A DNA stretch of 64,000 bases from Pontiella sp. (GTDB taxonomy: Bacteria > Verrucomicrobiota > Kiritimatiellia > Kiritimatiellales > Pontiellaceae): the NCBI GenBank assembly GCA_050290185.1, contig JBNKHE010000007.1:32001-96000 (forward strand), given 5' to 3'. The position numbers and the translations under genes are program-made. Below the pieces are notes generated by a model, which did no database searches, was not told the origin of the DNA, and saw nothing but the letters and a program-made list of their open reading frames with translations. How positions within the stretch are numbered: the first letter of the stretch is position 1; each line of letters begins with the position of its first letter. Shown here in pieces: positions 49,120 to 58,313 of this stretch.

Positions 49120-49502
49120 TTGTTCTTCCCTTCATCGGCAATGGCTTCGTTGATGATTCTACGCATTTCGAGCAATTCATCGGAAGATGCGTTGCTGGAT
49201 GCCAGATGCTGCACCAATCCGGAAAGCGAACCATCGAATGTGTTTTTAACAAATTGAAGGGCCAAGCTACCTAATACGGAGTCTTTTTCCCTGGTCGGCG
49301 AGTAGTGGTAGATTCCTCCGCACTTAACCCGTTGAAGAAATCCCTTTTTGTGCAGGCGTTGGACCACCGTCAGTATGGTGGTGCGCGCATAGCCCCTTTT
49401 TTCGACGAGAATTTCCGTGACCTCCGGTACGGTACATTCCTGCTTGTCCCAAATGATTTTCAGGACATCGAGTTCAAGTTGTCCCAACGATGATGTTTTC
49501 AT
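49116..49502 (-). CDS. BlaI/MecI/CopY family repressor
   Basis: LELDVLKIIW, TV.EV, ARTTILT...RL..KG, F.GS...LV. Confidence 0.94.
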   Translation of the reverse strand: MKTSSLGQLELDVLKIIWDKQECTVPEVTEILVEKRGYARTTILTVVQRLHKKGFLQRVKCGGIYHYSPTREKDSVLGSLALQFVKNTFDGSLSGLVQHLASSNASSDELLEMRRIINEAIADEGKNK

Positions 49503-49518
49503 GGTTTCTCCTCGAAAT

Positions 49519-49553
49519 ACTACAGTTGTAGTGTTTGATACTACGCGTGTAGT
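49519..49553. promoter_or_regulatory. Tandem BlaI-type operators
   Basis: ACTACA-GT-TGTAGT (49519-49532, perfect) and ACTACG-CG-TGTAGT (49540-49553); match the TACA-NN-TGTA consensus; 21-bp period. Confidence 0.85.
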
Positions 49554-49853
49554 CTTCTGGCAACTGAGATCTTAAAAAAAATGCATAACTGCATGCATAC
49601 GTTCCAGAGGGAAAGGCGTGTGGTTTAACTCCTAGGGCCTGGAGTTGCGGGAGAAATGGGCATGGCGCGCTTGAAATCGAGTGCGAGGCGGATGCGGACC
49701 TCCATCCCAGCCATGCATCTGCCTACGCTAGAGACCTTGCATTTATGCAGGGAGATACGATGCGGATAAAAGCTATCCGCATCGGCTGCACGCGATGTCT
49801 TCCATCTCGTTGAGTGAAGCGTAGCTTGGACTTTGGCGGAGACGGGGTAAATA

Positions 49854-49885
49854 ATGGAGCCACGGGTTTGCCCGTGGGGCTCCAT
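49854..49885. repeat. Strong palindrome downstream of sodN (terminator or REP-like)
   Basis: atggagc-cacggg-tttg-cccgtg-gg-gctccat. Confidence 0.55.
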
Positions 49886-49897
49886 GTTCTTGGTTTC

Positions 49898-50344
49898 CTA
49901 CATCGTCGGCTGAGCGGTTATTTCGCCGAAGTAAAGCTTTTCAAACTGATGGACGAGTTCATGAAGTTTTTCCACGTTGGCGTGATCGGTGGTCTGTTTG
50001 CACTTCATTGCATAGATCACCATTTCATGGAGTTTAGAGATTTTAAGGGCATAGTCGTCGCAACCAGGCTTAATGCGCTGCGCCATGAAATAGGCGGTCA
50101 CGATTTCGCTGAATTCGTCGGCTTGCTTGTCTTTGATCATGACCCATCGAACGGTCTGGTTTTGGTTTTCATTGGCCTCGATTTTCGTCATGGCCTTCTC
50201 AATGACGGATATCTGTTCTTCCATCAGCGTGATCCGCATCGGATCGTCGTAGATCCCGCACGGCATCTGGCAATGTGCCCATACGGTTGTGGTGATGGCT
50301 GCAAACAGGACCGTAATAGTAATATATATGGCTGCTTTTTTCAT
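49898..50344 (-). CDS. sodN: Nickel superoxide dismutase precursor with signal peptide
   Basis: Hydrophobic leader ending VWA, then the Ni-hook HCQMPCGIYD; RWV..K; KCKQ. Confidence 0.93.
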   Translation of the reverse strand: MKKAAIYITITVLFAAITTTVWAHCQMPCGIYDDPMRITLMEEQISVIEKAMTKIEANENQNQTVRWVMIKDKQADEFSEIVTAYFMAQRIKPGCDDYALKISKLHEMVIYAMKCKQTTDHANVEKLHELVHQFEKLYFGEITAQPTM

Positions 50345-50372
50345 GATGTACTCCTTCTGTTTATGGTTATCC

Positions 50373-50996
50373 TTACAGTGTGTTGAAGATGCGGTCCCCG
50401 GCATCACCGAGACCGGGAACGATGTAGGCATTTTTGTTGAGGCGCGAATCAATGGTGCAGCAAAAAATATCCACATCCGGGTGGGCCATGGATACCTTTT
50501 CAACGCCTTCAGGTGCCGCGATGATGCAAAGCAGGGAAATGGTTTGCGCTCCCCAGTCCTTAACCATGGCAATACCTTCGCTGGCCGACCCGCCGGTGGC
50601 CAGCATGGGATCCAGCACGAATGCGATTGGAGGCGGCGAATCGGAAAACTTGCGATAATATTCCACGGGCTGGTGCGTCGACTCGTCGCGGTAGAATCCC
50701 AGGTGCCAGACTTCGGCCTGTGGAATCATGTCCAGCACGGCATCGCACATGCCGAGGCCGGCCCGTAGTATGGGAACCAGCCCAAGCCGGCATTCGAGCT
50801 CGCTGCATTCCATGGTTTCAAGCGGGGTTTCAACAGTCCTGGAACGCAGAGGCAGAGAAGCTGTTGCTTCATAACCCAGCAACAGGCTGAGACGGCGGAC
50901 TTGATCGCGGAAGAGCTGGGGCGGGGTATTTTTATCGCGCAGCGCAGCCAGATGATGGCTGACCAGCGGATGTTTGAGTTCTACAACCCGGCCCAT
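50373..50996 (-). CDS. upp: Uracil phosphoribosyltransferase
   Basis: HPL, VPILRAGLGM, LDPMLATGGS, YIVPGLGDAGDR. Confidence 0.97.
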   Translation of the reverse strand: MGRVVELKHPLVSHHLAALRDKNTPPQLFRDQVRRLSLLLGYEATASLPLRSRTVETPLETMECSELECRLGLVPILRAGLGMCDAVLDMIPQAEVWHLGFYRDESTHQPVEYYRKFSDSPPPIAFVLDPMLATGGSASEGIAMVKDWGAQTISLLCIIAAPEGVEKVSMAHPDVDIFCCTIDSRLNKNAYIVPGLGDAGDRIFNTL

Positions 50997-51008
50997 GGCG
51001 GCTCCTTC

Positions 51009-52568
51009 CTATTTGGCGTATTCCACGCACCGGGTCTCGCGAATGACCGTGACCCGCACAGTTCCGGGGATCTTGACGGTATCCCCGATCTCTTTGGCAA
51101 TGTTCTTGGCCAGTAGCGATGCACCGTGGTCGTTGAATTTGGTGGGTTCAACCATGATACGTATTTCCCGGCCCGCCTGTACGGCATAACTGCTCTTAAC
51201 GCCGGCATACTGGCTGGCGATTTTTTCGATCTGTTCCAGTCGCTGGAGATAGAGGTCGGTGGTTTCGGCGCGGGCTCCCGGGCGGGCGGCGGTAATGGCA
51301 TCGGCGGCATCGCAGAGTACGGCGTAAACGGTTTCGCGTTCCATATCCTCGTGATGCGAGCCGACGGCATTCCAAACCACGCGGTCTTCGCCGTATTTCC
51401 GCAGCAGGTTTGCTCCAAGAACAGCGTGGCCTCCTTCGGCCTCATGGTCGATGGCCTTGCCGATGTCATGGAAGATTCCAACGCGTTTGGCGATCTTGGG
51501 ATCCAAACCCATTTCGCCTGCCATCAGGGCCATGATATGTGCCGCTTCCATGGAGTGGTCGAGCATGTTCTGTTTGTAGCTGGTGCGGAATTTAAGCTTG
51601 CCCAGCGTATGTACCAGCTCGGGGGCCACACCGGTGATCCCCAGTTTAAACAAGGCGTCCTCGCCTGCCTGCCGGGTCGTTTCATCGATCTCTTTCCTTA
51701 CGTTGGCTACCGTTTCCTCGATGCGCGCGGGATGGATGCGGCCGTCTTCGATCAGGCGCTGGAGGGCTACACGGGCCACTTCTCGACGGATGGGATCGTA
51801 GCAGGAAAGAACCACCACTTCGGGCGTTTCATCGATGAGTACGTTGACGCCGGTTTCGGCCTCGAACGATTTAATATTGCGGCCTTCGCGGCCGATGATC
51901 CGCCCCTTGATGTCGTCGCTTTCAAGTGCAACGGCACTTGTGGTTAAATCGGAAACAGTTTCGGCGGCATAGCGTTGGATGGCGGTTGCAATGATTTCGC
52001 GTGCCTTTTTCTTCGCCTCTTCCTTTGCATCCTTCTGAATGTGGCGGACGAGAGCATTGGCTTCTCCCTGAAGCTCGCTTTCCATCCGTTTCATAATGGT
52101 TTTTCGGGCTTCATCCCTGGAGAGCTGTGCTGCTTGTTCCACGCAGTTTGTCTCTTCGGTTATGAGTTTGTCGAGGTCGCGTTGCTTCTCGTGGAGAACG
52201 GCCTTCTGGTCGCCAATCTCGGTCATGCGTCCAGAAAGTTCCAGTTCTTTGGAACTAAGCATTTCAAGCTTGCTCGTCAGATTTTTTTCGCGATCGACGA
52301 CGCGTTTTTCGAGATCTAGAATTTCTCTGCGCTGGCTGGTATTTTCCTTTTCTGCTTTTTCGCGTGCTCTGAGTACAGCGTCCTTTGCTTGGATTTTGGC
52401 TTCGCGGCGGATCGCATCGGCTTCTCTGTTGACTTCGGCCAAAATGGCCTTGGCCTGTTTGCTTGCCGCTATGGCATTGGTTTTGGTGAGATAGGCATGG
52501 AAAAAGAATCCCAGCACCAAAAAACCAAGGCTAATAAGCAGTCCTTGTCCTGCATATAATTCTTCCAC
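51009..52568 (-). CDS. rny: Ribonuclease Y
   Basis: GTG start after AGGAGG; N-terminal TM and coiled coil; KGRIIGREGRNI (KH); FRTSY.QN, HDIGKA (HD); AVQAGREIR. Confidence 0.95.
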   Translation of the reverse strand: MEELYAGQGLLISLGFLVLGFFFHAYLTKTNAIAASKQAKAILAEVNREADAIRREAKIQAKDAVLRAREKAEKENTSQRREILDLEKRVVDREKNLTSKLEMLSSKELELSGRMTEIGDQKAVLHEKQRDLDKLITEETNCVEQAAQLSRDEARKTIMKRMESELQGEANALVRHIQKDAKEEAKKKAREIIATAIQRYAAETVSDLTTSAVALESDDIKGRIIGREGRNIKSFEAETGVNVLIDETPEVVVLSCYDPIRREVARVALQRLIEDGRIHPARIEETVANVRKEIDETTRQAGEDALFKLGITGVAPELVHTLGKLKFRTSYKQNMLDHSMEAAHIMALMAGEMGLDPKIAKRVGIFHDIGKAIDHEAEGGHAVLGANLLRKYGEDRVVWNAVGSHHEDMERETVYAVLCDAADAITAARPGARAETTDLYLQRLEQIEKIASQYAGVKSSYAVQAGREIRIMVEPTKFNDHGASLLAKNIAKEIGDTVKIPGTVRVTVIRETRCVEYAK

Positions 52569-52694
52569 GGTTACCTCCTGTTTCATGTTAGGCCACGCCC
52601 CGTAGAAAACCCGATGCAATCAGACGGCACCATATGGGCGGCATGACCCCCTTATAATTGAATTCACAGCGTATACTGTGACACAGGAGTTTGT

Positions 52695-53264
52695 CTAATG
52701 TTCGTTTCGAACTTTAACGATTTTTGTCTGTGTGATCACAAAATCGACAGGAATGTCGTGAGAGTCGATGGGGATGTGTGGAAATAGCTGGAAATCGAAG
52801 GCGACCGCGGTGGAAATTCCAGAAAATCCGTGCAGCAGGCGGTCATAATATCCACCGCCGCGCCCGAGTCGGTTCCCTGCGGGATCAAATGCGACTCCCG
52901 GCACAATTATCAGATCCACACTCTCCACCGCCAGCAAGGAAGGCGATTCCGGTTCCAGAATGCCATAATTGCCCGTTATAAAGCGTGTTTCGGAACATAT
53001 GCCGGCCAGCTCATAGTAATTACCTTCGGTATTGAACACCGGGATGCAGGTTTGTTTTTCCTGTTTCCAGCAAAGTTCGAACAGTGCATCCAGTTTCACC
53101 TCACCCTTAATGGCGTTATAGAGCGCAACCATTTTTGCCCTTTTAAACGCATCGAGTGTCTGAACCTTTTGGATGATCGCTTCGCTGGCGCGCATAATCC
53201 ATTGAGGATCCAGCACGTCCCGTTTTCCAGCAATGTCTTTCCGTAGCTGGGTTTTTGAGGTCAT
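52695..53264 (-). CDS. 5-formyltetrahydrofolate cyclo-ligase
   Basis: K..LR, GILEP, DLIIVPGVAFD..GNRLGRGGGYYDR, HD..VD. Confidence 0.94.
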   Translation of the reverse strand: MTSKTQLRKDIAGKRDVLDPQWIMRASEAIIQKVQTLDAFKRAKMVALYNAIKGEVKLDALFELCWKQEKQTCIPVFNTEGNYYELAGICSETRFITGNYGILEPESPSLLAVESVDLIIVPGVAFDPAGNRLGRGGGYYDRLLHGFSGISTAVAFDFQLFPHIPIDSHDIPVDFVITQTKIVKVRNEH

Positions 53265-54577
53265 TTTTTCTTCCTCAGCGAGTTCCAGTAATCGATCCGT
53301 TTACGGATCGTCTCTTCGTATCCTTGATCCGTTGGTTCGTAGTAAACCTTTTCGGTTGGTACATATTGCTGGTCGACGAAATGGCCTGCTCCATCATGGG
53401 CATATTTGTACTTCTCGCCGCCCTTATCGGGTTTTGGGCCGCTCTGGAGATATTTGGGGATGGGAAGGGTGCGTCCGTTTTCCACATCATCCAACGCTGT
53501 GTTGATCGCACGATAGGCGGCGTTGCTTTTGGGTGCGCACGCGAGATATGTCGTAGCCTGCGCTAGTGTAATGCGTGCTTCCGGCATGCCGATAAACTCC
53601 ACCGCCTGCATCGCGGAGACGGCCAAGGTAATGCCGCGCGGATCAGCGTTGCCGATGTCTTCCGAGGCCAGAATGATAAGACGCCGGGCGATAAAGCGCG
53701 GATCCTCTCCGGCATAGAGCATTTTGGCCAGCCAGTAGACGGCGGCATTCGGGTCGGAACCCCGCACGCTCTTGATGAAGGCCGAGATTGTGTCGTAATG
53801 CTCATCTTCATCATGATCATAGACGACCGCCTTCTTTTGCACCGATTCCTCGATTTCATAGCGGGTGAGGTGAACGATGCCATCTTCTTGCGGGGGGGTG
53901 GTCAGTGCGGCAATCTCAAGGGCGTTCAAGGCGCGGCGCGCATCCCCTTCGCAGACGGCCGCCAGATGCCGTAATCCCTCTTCGGTTGATGTGACCATGC
54001 TGTTTAGGCCAATTTGCGCGGTCATGGCGCGTTGAAGTATTTCGAGGATGGCAGGTTCGGTAAGCGATTGGAGCTGGTAAATCTGTGAGCGGGAATTAAG
54101 CGGTGTATTGATGAAGAAGAACGGATTGTGGGTGGTCGCTCCGATCAGGATGATGTTGCCGTTTTCCACATAGGGAAGCAGGACATCCTGCTGTGATTTG
54201 TTGAAACGATGGATTTCATCGATAAACAGGATCGTATCCTGTCCATTCATCTTTTTCCAATGGGTGGCTCCTTCCAGAATTTTGCGGAGGATGGCGACGT
54301 TGGCCAGAACGCCGCTGGCGCGCTCGAATCTGCGGTTGGTCGTTTTTGCAATGACCTCTGCCAGCGTGGTCTTGCCGCAACCGGGTGGTCCATAGAGGAT
54401 GATGCTTCCCAGACGGTCGGCTTCGATGGCGCGGCGAAGCAGTTTGCCATCGCCCAGGATATGTTCCTGTCCAACGATGTCCTCCAAACGCTGCGGTCTC
54501 ATGCGTGCCGCCAGCGGGGCGGTGCCGGCTCCGGCTTTTAGTTCGGTCCTATCCGGTTTTTCATTAAAGAGATCCAT
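53261..54577 (-). CDS. rarA: Replication-associated recombination protein A (MgsA/RarA)
   Basis: PLAARMRP, GQEH, GPPGCGKTT, DEIHRFNKSQQD, GDAR, SAFIKSVRGSD, SEDIGNAD. Confidence 0.95.
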   Translation of the reverse strand: MDLFNEKPDRTELKAGAGTAPLAARMRPQRLEDIVGQEHILGDGKLLRRAIEADRLGSIILYGPPGCGKTTLAEVIAKTTNRRFERASGVLANVAILRKILEGATHWKKMNGQDTILFIDEIHRFNKSQQDVLLPYVENGNIILIGATTHNPFFFINTPLNSRSQIYQLQSLTEPAILEILQRAMTAQIGLNSMVTSTEEGLRHLAAVCEGDARRALNALEIAALTTPPQEDGIVHLTRYEIEESVQKKAVVYDHDEDEHYDTISAFIKSVRGSDPNAAVYWLAKMLYAGEDPRFIARRLIILASEDIGNADPRGITLAVSAMQAVEFIGMPEARITLAQATTYLACAPKSNAAYRAINTALDDVENGRTLPIPKYLQSGPKPDKGGEKYKYAHDGAGHFVDQQYVPTEKVYYEPTDQGYEETIRKRIDYWNSLRKKK

Positions 54578-54687
54578 GGAGGGAAGATAGCGCGGAAAAG
54601 GGTTTAGATGAACTGCGAATGATCGGAAATGCGTATGATTCTGCCAACCGGCACGAATCAAAAACAAGAAAACGAAGCTTTGGAAAA

Positions 54688-54878
54688 GGAACCCCGCAAT
54701 GGCCGTCTGGTAGGCGTGCCTCTATCACCGTGGTAATAGATGTGGGAGCGAATCAAGCCAGTTCCCGGAACCCTCCCTTGTTCAAGGGCATGCGGTTGCC
54801 AGCCTGAAGCATAAGCTCCCTGATAAGTATCATTGGGTAGGAGGAAGAGCCTAAAGTCGCGTACCTCGCAGAGCATCA
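54688..54878 (-). ncRNA. ssrS: Putative 6S RNA (boundaries approximate)
   Basis: About 190 nt non-coding; 5' CTCTGCGA pairs with 3' TTGCGGGG; internal TTGAAC..GGTTC and 3' GGCACGCCTACC resemble 6S conserved elements; upstream of the 5-FCL and rny genes. Confidence 0.68.
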
Positions 54879-55005
54879 TCCCTTTCCTAAGCTTCAATAA
54901 ACATATAGCACATGGAGACGTTGGGTACGATGAAAAAATGGTTTTAGAAGCCATTTGTTCGAGTTGGAATTTGCTATTCGAACTGCGCAGGGATACCTTA
55001 ATGTC

Positions 55006-55497
55006 ATGGGAAGTTTGAAACAAACACTACTGAACAAAGATCATGCAGGATTGCAGTTTCTTAAGTATGTGATATGCGGTGGGTTGGCTTTTCTCGTCGA
55101 CTACACCGTTTTTTATTTTTTGGCTATCCGGCTTTTCCCGGCGCTGACGCCGGATGACTTTGTTGCCCGGTTGCTTGGCCTGAAACTGGCCCCCATCTCC
55201 GAGGCGCTGCAGTTGCGAAACTATTGGATTTGCATCTCCACGGGTTTTGTTTTCTCTAATGTAGTAGCCTATGTCACGAATGTACTTTTTGTCTTCAAGG
55301 GCGGAAAGCACAAGGTTCACCATGAGGTGCTGTTGTTTTTTGGTATTTCTCTGGTTTCATTCCTTTTGAGCAGTCTGACCGGCGATCTGCTGATCCGGTT
55401 TTTTGAGGTGCAGACCAGCGTATCAAAGCTGGTGGCCATCGTATTCGCGATATTGATCAATTATTCCGGCCGGAAGTTTTTCATCTTTCACGGATAG
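55006..55497 (+). CDS. GtrA family membrane protein
   Basis: QFLKYVICGGLAFLVD, N..FVF, SKLVA, NY..RKFFIF. Confidence 0.85.
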   Translation: MGSLKQTLLNKDHAGLQFLKYVICGGLAFLVDYTVFYFLAIRLFPALTPDDFVARLLGLKLAPISEALQLRNYWICISTGFVFSNVVAYVTNVLFVFKGGKHKVHHEVLLFFGISLVSFLLSSLTGDLLIRFFEVQTSVSKLVAIVFAILINYSGRKFFIFHG

Positions 55498-56353
55498 AAT
55501 GATCCTGGTCCATTTTCTTGTACACCCGCACATAATCTATCTCATAACGGGTCGGGAAATCCGTATGGGACGGGTCGCCCCCCATCTTTCCTCCGATAGC
55601 CAGGTTCAGCAGCAGGTATTGCGGTTGATGAAACGGGTTTTTCGGTCCCCATTGGTCATCAGGATTGACCGCCTGGGCAAGATCGATCGTATTCAGCAGG
55701 ATCCCGTCGATGTAGAGTTTGATGGCATGCTCGTCCCAATCCATGCACCAGACGTGGAATTTTTGATCGAAGCCGGAGTCGTTGAAAGATGAGACCGGCT
55801 TTCTGGTGCTGTCCCATTCCGGAACGGAGCGCTGTCCCGTGCCCCAGCAGGCGTTGGCCAGAATATTTCCGTCATAGAACTCCATCAGGTCGATTTCACC
55901 ATTATGCGGCCAATGACCATCGACCCCGAGAAACCAGATAGCAGGCCAAAGGCCCTTCTCGGTTTTTATGCGTGCCTTGATCTCAAAACGACCATATTTC
56001 CAGCTGTGCCGTCCTTTCGTGGTTAGACACGCCGAGGTGTATTCAATCGTTTTCCGGTTTCTCCGCCAGTCGGGGCTTCCTTTTTCATAACGTGGATTTG
56101 TTTTATGCTCCCTTAGTCCTTCAATGACGAGGAAGCCGTTTTCGCAAAAGGCATTATCGGATTGATACCACTGCAACTCTTCGTTTCGGACAAAGCCATG
56201 CTCATAAGTCCAGTTTATCGGATTCGGTTCGCCGCCATTTTCAAATTCATCGGCCCAAACCAGCTGGTAACCTTTTAAATCACCTCCGTCGGCAAAGCAG
56301 GAGGCCACCGCGGCCATGAGAGATGTTATCGTGAGTATTGTGCGGGCTTGCAT
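55481..56353 (-). CDS. Secreted glycoside hydrolase family 16
   Basis: Signal peptide; WADEF, NEELQWY, YGRFE..A, WPAIW, GEIDLME catalytic motif, LNLAIGG, DYVRVY. Confidence 0.93.
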   Translation of the reverse strand: MQARTILTITSLMAAVASCFADGGDLKGYQLVWADEFENGGEPNPINWTYEHGFVRNEELQWYQSDNAFCENGFLVIEGLREHKTNPRYEKGSPDWRRNRKTIEYTSACLTTKGRHSWKYGRFEIKARIKTEKGLWPAIWFLGVDGHWPHNGEIDLMEFYDGNILANACWGTGQRSVPEWDSTRKPVSSFNDSGFDQKFHVWCMDWDEHAIKLYIDGILLNTIDLAQAVNPDDQWGPKNPFHQPQYLLLNLAIGGKMGGDPSHTDFPTRYEIDYVRVYKKMDQDHSIRER

Positions 56354-56405
56354 GGCAATCCTGCCTGTTTTGTTGTGCTGGTAAACGTTTGTCGGACGAT
56401 GGTGT

Positions 56406-57053
56406 TTAGCGGCGGTTCAGCCGCTCGATTTTATCGAGAATGTGTTTGGCGCAGGCCTCTTTGCCGATGCAGCCCCAGTATTCGAAATCCTCAGCATCCG
56501 TAGCGAGGAAGCTGAAGGTTCCGGTTGTTGCGCCTAGGGTTGACGGGCTGTTGAGAACGATTCCGTCGAGCTGCTTATCCTGTAGTTTCCGCCGGGCGTT
56601 TGTTTCGCCGTCGGAGGTCTGCAGTGCGAAGCCTATCGCGATCTGGTTCTGATGCTTTTGGCCTGAGAACGTTTTGGCGATGTCGGGGGTCGGCCGCAGG
56701 TGAAGAACTAATTCTTCCGCTGATTTGGGCATTTTTTCCGCATGTTTCGTCGCGGGCGTGTAATCGGCCACGGCGGCGGCAAAGATAATGGCATTGGTGT
56801 GGGGAAACAGGCCGGATGCCGCAGCAAGCATGTCATCGGCACTGACAACCTGATGGATCTTTCCGTTTCCATCCAGCCGGGGAAGATTTTCCGGGGAAAC
56901 CGGTCCGCTCACAAACTCAACCGTGTATCCGCGTTGCACGGCTTCCTCCGCAATGGCTTTGCCCATCAAGCCACTGCTGGCATTTCCGATGAACCGCACA
57001 GGATCTATATATTCATGCGTTGGACCGGAAAGAATGAGGACCGTTTTTTTCAC
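56406..57053 (-). CDS. coaB: Phosphopantothenate--cysteine ligase (stand-alone)
   Basis: SGPTHEYIDPVRFIGNASSG.MG, AAAVADY, PDI, IGFA, KL..K.LD.IVLN. Confidence 0.9.
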   Translation of the reverse strand: MKKTVLILSGPTHEYIDPVRFIGNASSGLMGKAIAEEAVQRGYTVEFVSGPVSPENLPRLDGNGKIHQVVSADDMLAAASGLFPHTNAIIFAAAVADYTPATKHAEKMPKSAEELVLHLRPTPDIAKTFSGQKHQNQIAIGFALQTSDGETNARRKLQDKQLDGIVLNSPSTLGATTGTFSFLATDAEDFEYWGCIGKEACAKHILDKIERLNRR

Positions 57054-57090
57054 AGGGGCAAGCTTCCTTCGGAGAAAAGGTTTTTTTGCG

Positions 57091-57645
57091 CTAGAATACG
57101 GAGTTAAGGATGATCTGGGTGATAACCGTGGGTGTACTCATCCGTCCATATCCGCTTGTGCCGCATGCCAGCCGGCCTTTTTCAGGCCCGACCTGGTGCC
57201 ATCCAAGTTTCAGCAGTTTGCGCGCGTTTTCCTCGACAATCGGTTGCTCCCACATCTGAACATTCATTGCCGGGCAAAAGATGCGTTTGCAATCGGACTT
57301 CAGTGAAAGTGCGCTGCAGCAGACTATGTCATCGCCAAAGCCATGTGCAATCTTCGCAATGGCATTAGCCGTGGCAGGAATCACGGCGAATGCATCGGCT
57401 TCGGTGGCAGGGTACAGATGGGGGTAGATCACATCGTTTCCGTCCGACGCGATATCGGGAAACATCGAGGTAATTACCTTTTGCTGTGTGATGGCAGCAA
57501 ACGTGAGCGGTGCGACAAATTTCGTTGCCGATTCCGTCATGACAATTCGTACGTCGCAGTTGGCTTTTACCAATTGGCTCGCCACCTCAACCGTCTTGTA
57601 GGCGGCAATGCCCCCTGTTACGCCGATCAGTACTTTAGGTTTCAT
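57091..57645 (-). CDS. coaC: Phosphopantothenoylcysteine decarboxylase (stand-alone)
   Basis: GVTGGIAAYK, MT.SA..FV, PATAN..AK.A.G, PAMN..MW, GRLACG..G.GRM. Confidence 0.9.
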   Translation of the reverse strand: MKPKVLIGVTGGIAAYKTVEVASQLVKANCDVRIVMTESATKFVAPLTFAAITQQKVITSMFPDIASDGNDVIYPHLYPATEADAFAVIPATANAIAKIAHGFGDDIVCCSALSLKSDCKRIFCPAMNVQMWEQPIVEENARKLLKLGWHQVGPEKGRLACGTSGYGRMSTPTVITQIILNSVF

Positions 57646-57738
57646 AGTCGCTACGCTCCTTTGGTTGTTGCGTTGCAGAAAGGCCGGTTTTCCACCGTTC
57701 AACCATTGTGGTGAACGACCAGAAACCGGGAAACCGGT

Positions 57739-58296
57739 TTATACTTCCATGATGTCTTTTTCCTTGGCCGCGAGCATGGTGTCCATTTTTTTGATGTGCT
57801 CGTCGGTGCTTTTCTGGATTTGATCCAGGGCGGCATCGCGTTCGTCCTCGGTGACATCGCCATTCTTTTGAAAAGATTTGATTTGATCGTTGGCGTCGCG
57901 ACGGATGTTGCGGACGGCCACGCGTTGCTCCTCGGTAACGCGTCCCGCCATTTTAACCATATCTTTGCGGCGTTCTTCGGAAAGCTCCGGAATCGGAACG
58001 CGGATCAGGCGGCCATCATTCATCGGGGTGATACCTATATTGGCCGCAACGATGGCTTTTTCAATCAGGCCAAGCGAAGAAGGATCGAACGGACTGATCA
58101 CAATCAGCCGTGGTTCGGGGGTGGAAATGTTGGCAATATCGCGCAGGCGGGTGGGAGTCCCGTAATAGTCCACGGTAATGGTATCCACCAGAGCCGGATT
58201 GGCCTTGCCCGTACGGAGTCCTGAGAGTTCCTGTTGCAGGAACTGCACGGTTTTATTCATCTTGTCTTCAGTTTCGAGTATTACATCGTCGATCAT
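57739..58296 (-). CDS. frr: Ribosome recycling factor
   Basis: LRTGKA, VDYYG, P.L.EERR, RNIRRD. Confidence 0.97.
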   Translation of the reverse strand: MIDDVILETEDKMNKTVQFLQQELSGLRTGKANPALVDTITVDYYGTPTRLRDIANISTPEPRLIVISPFDPSSLGLIEKAIVAANIGITPMNDGRLIRVPIPELSEERRKDMVKMAGRVTEEQRVAVRNIRRDANDQIKSFQKNGDVTEDERDAALDQIQKSTDEHIKKMDTMLAAKEKDIMEV

Positions 58297-58313
58297 CTGT
58301 TTTCTCCCTGCCG

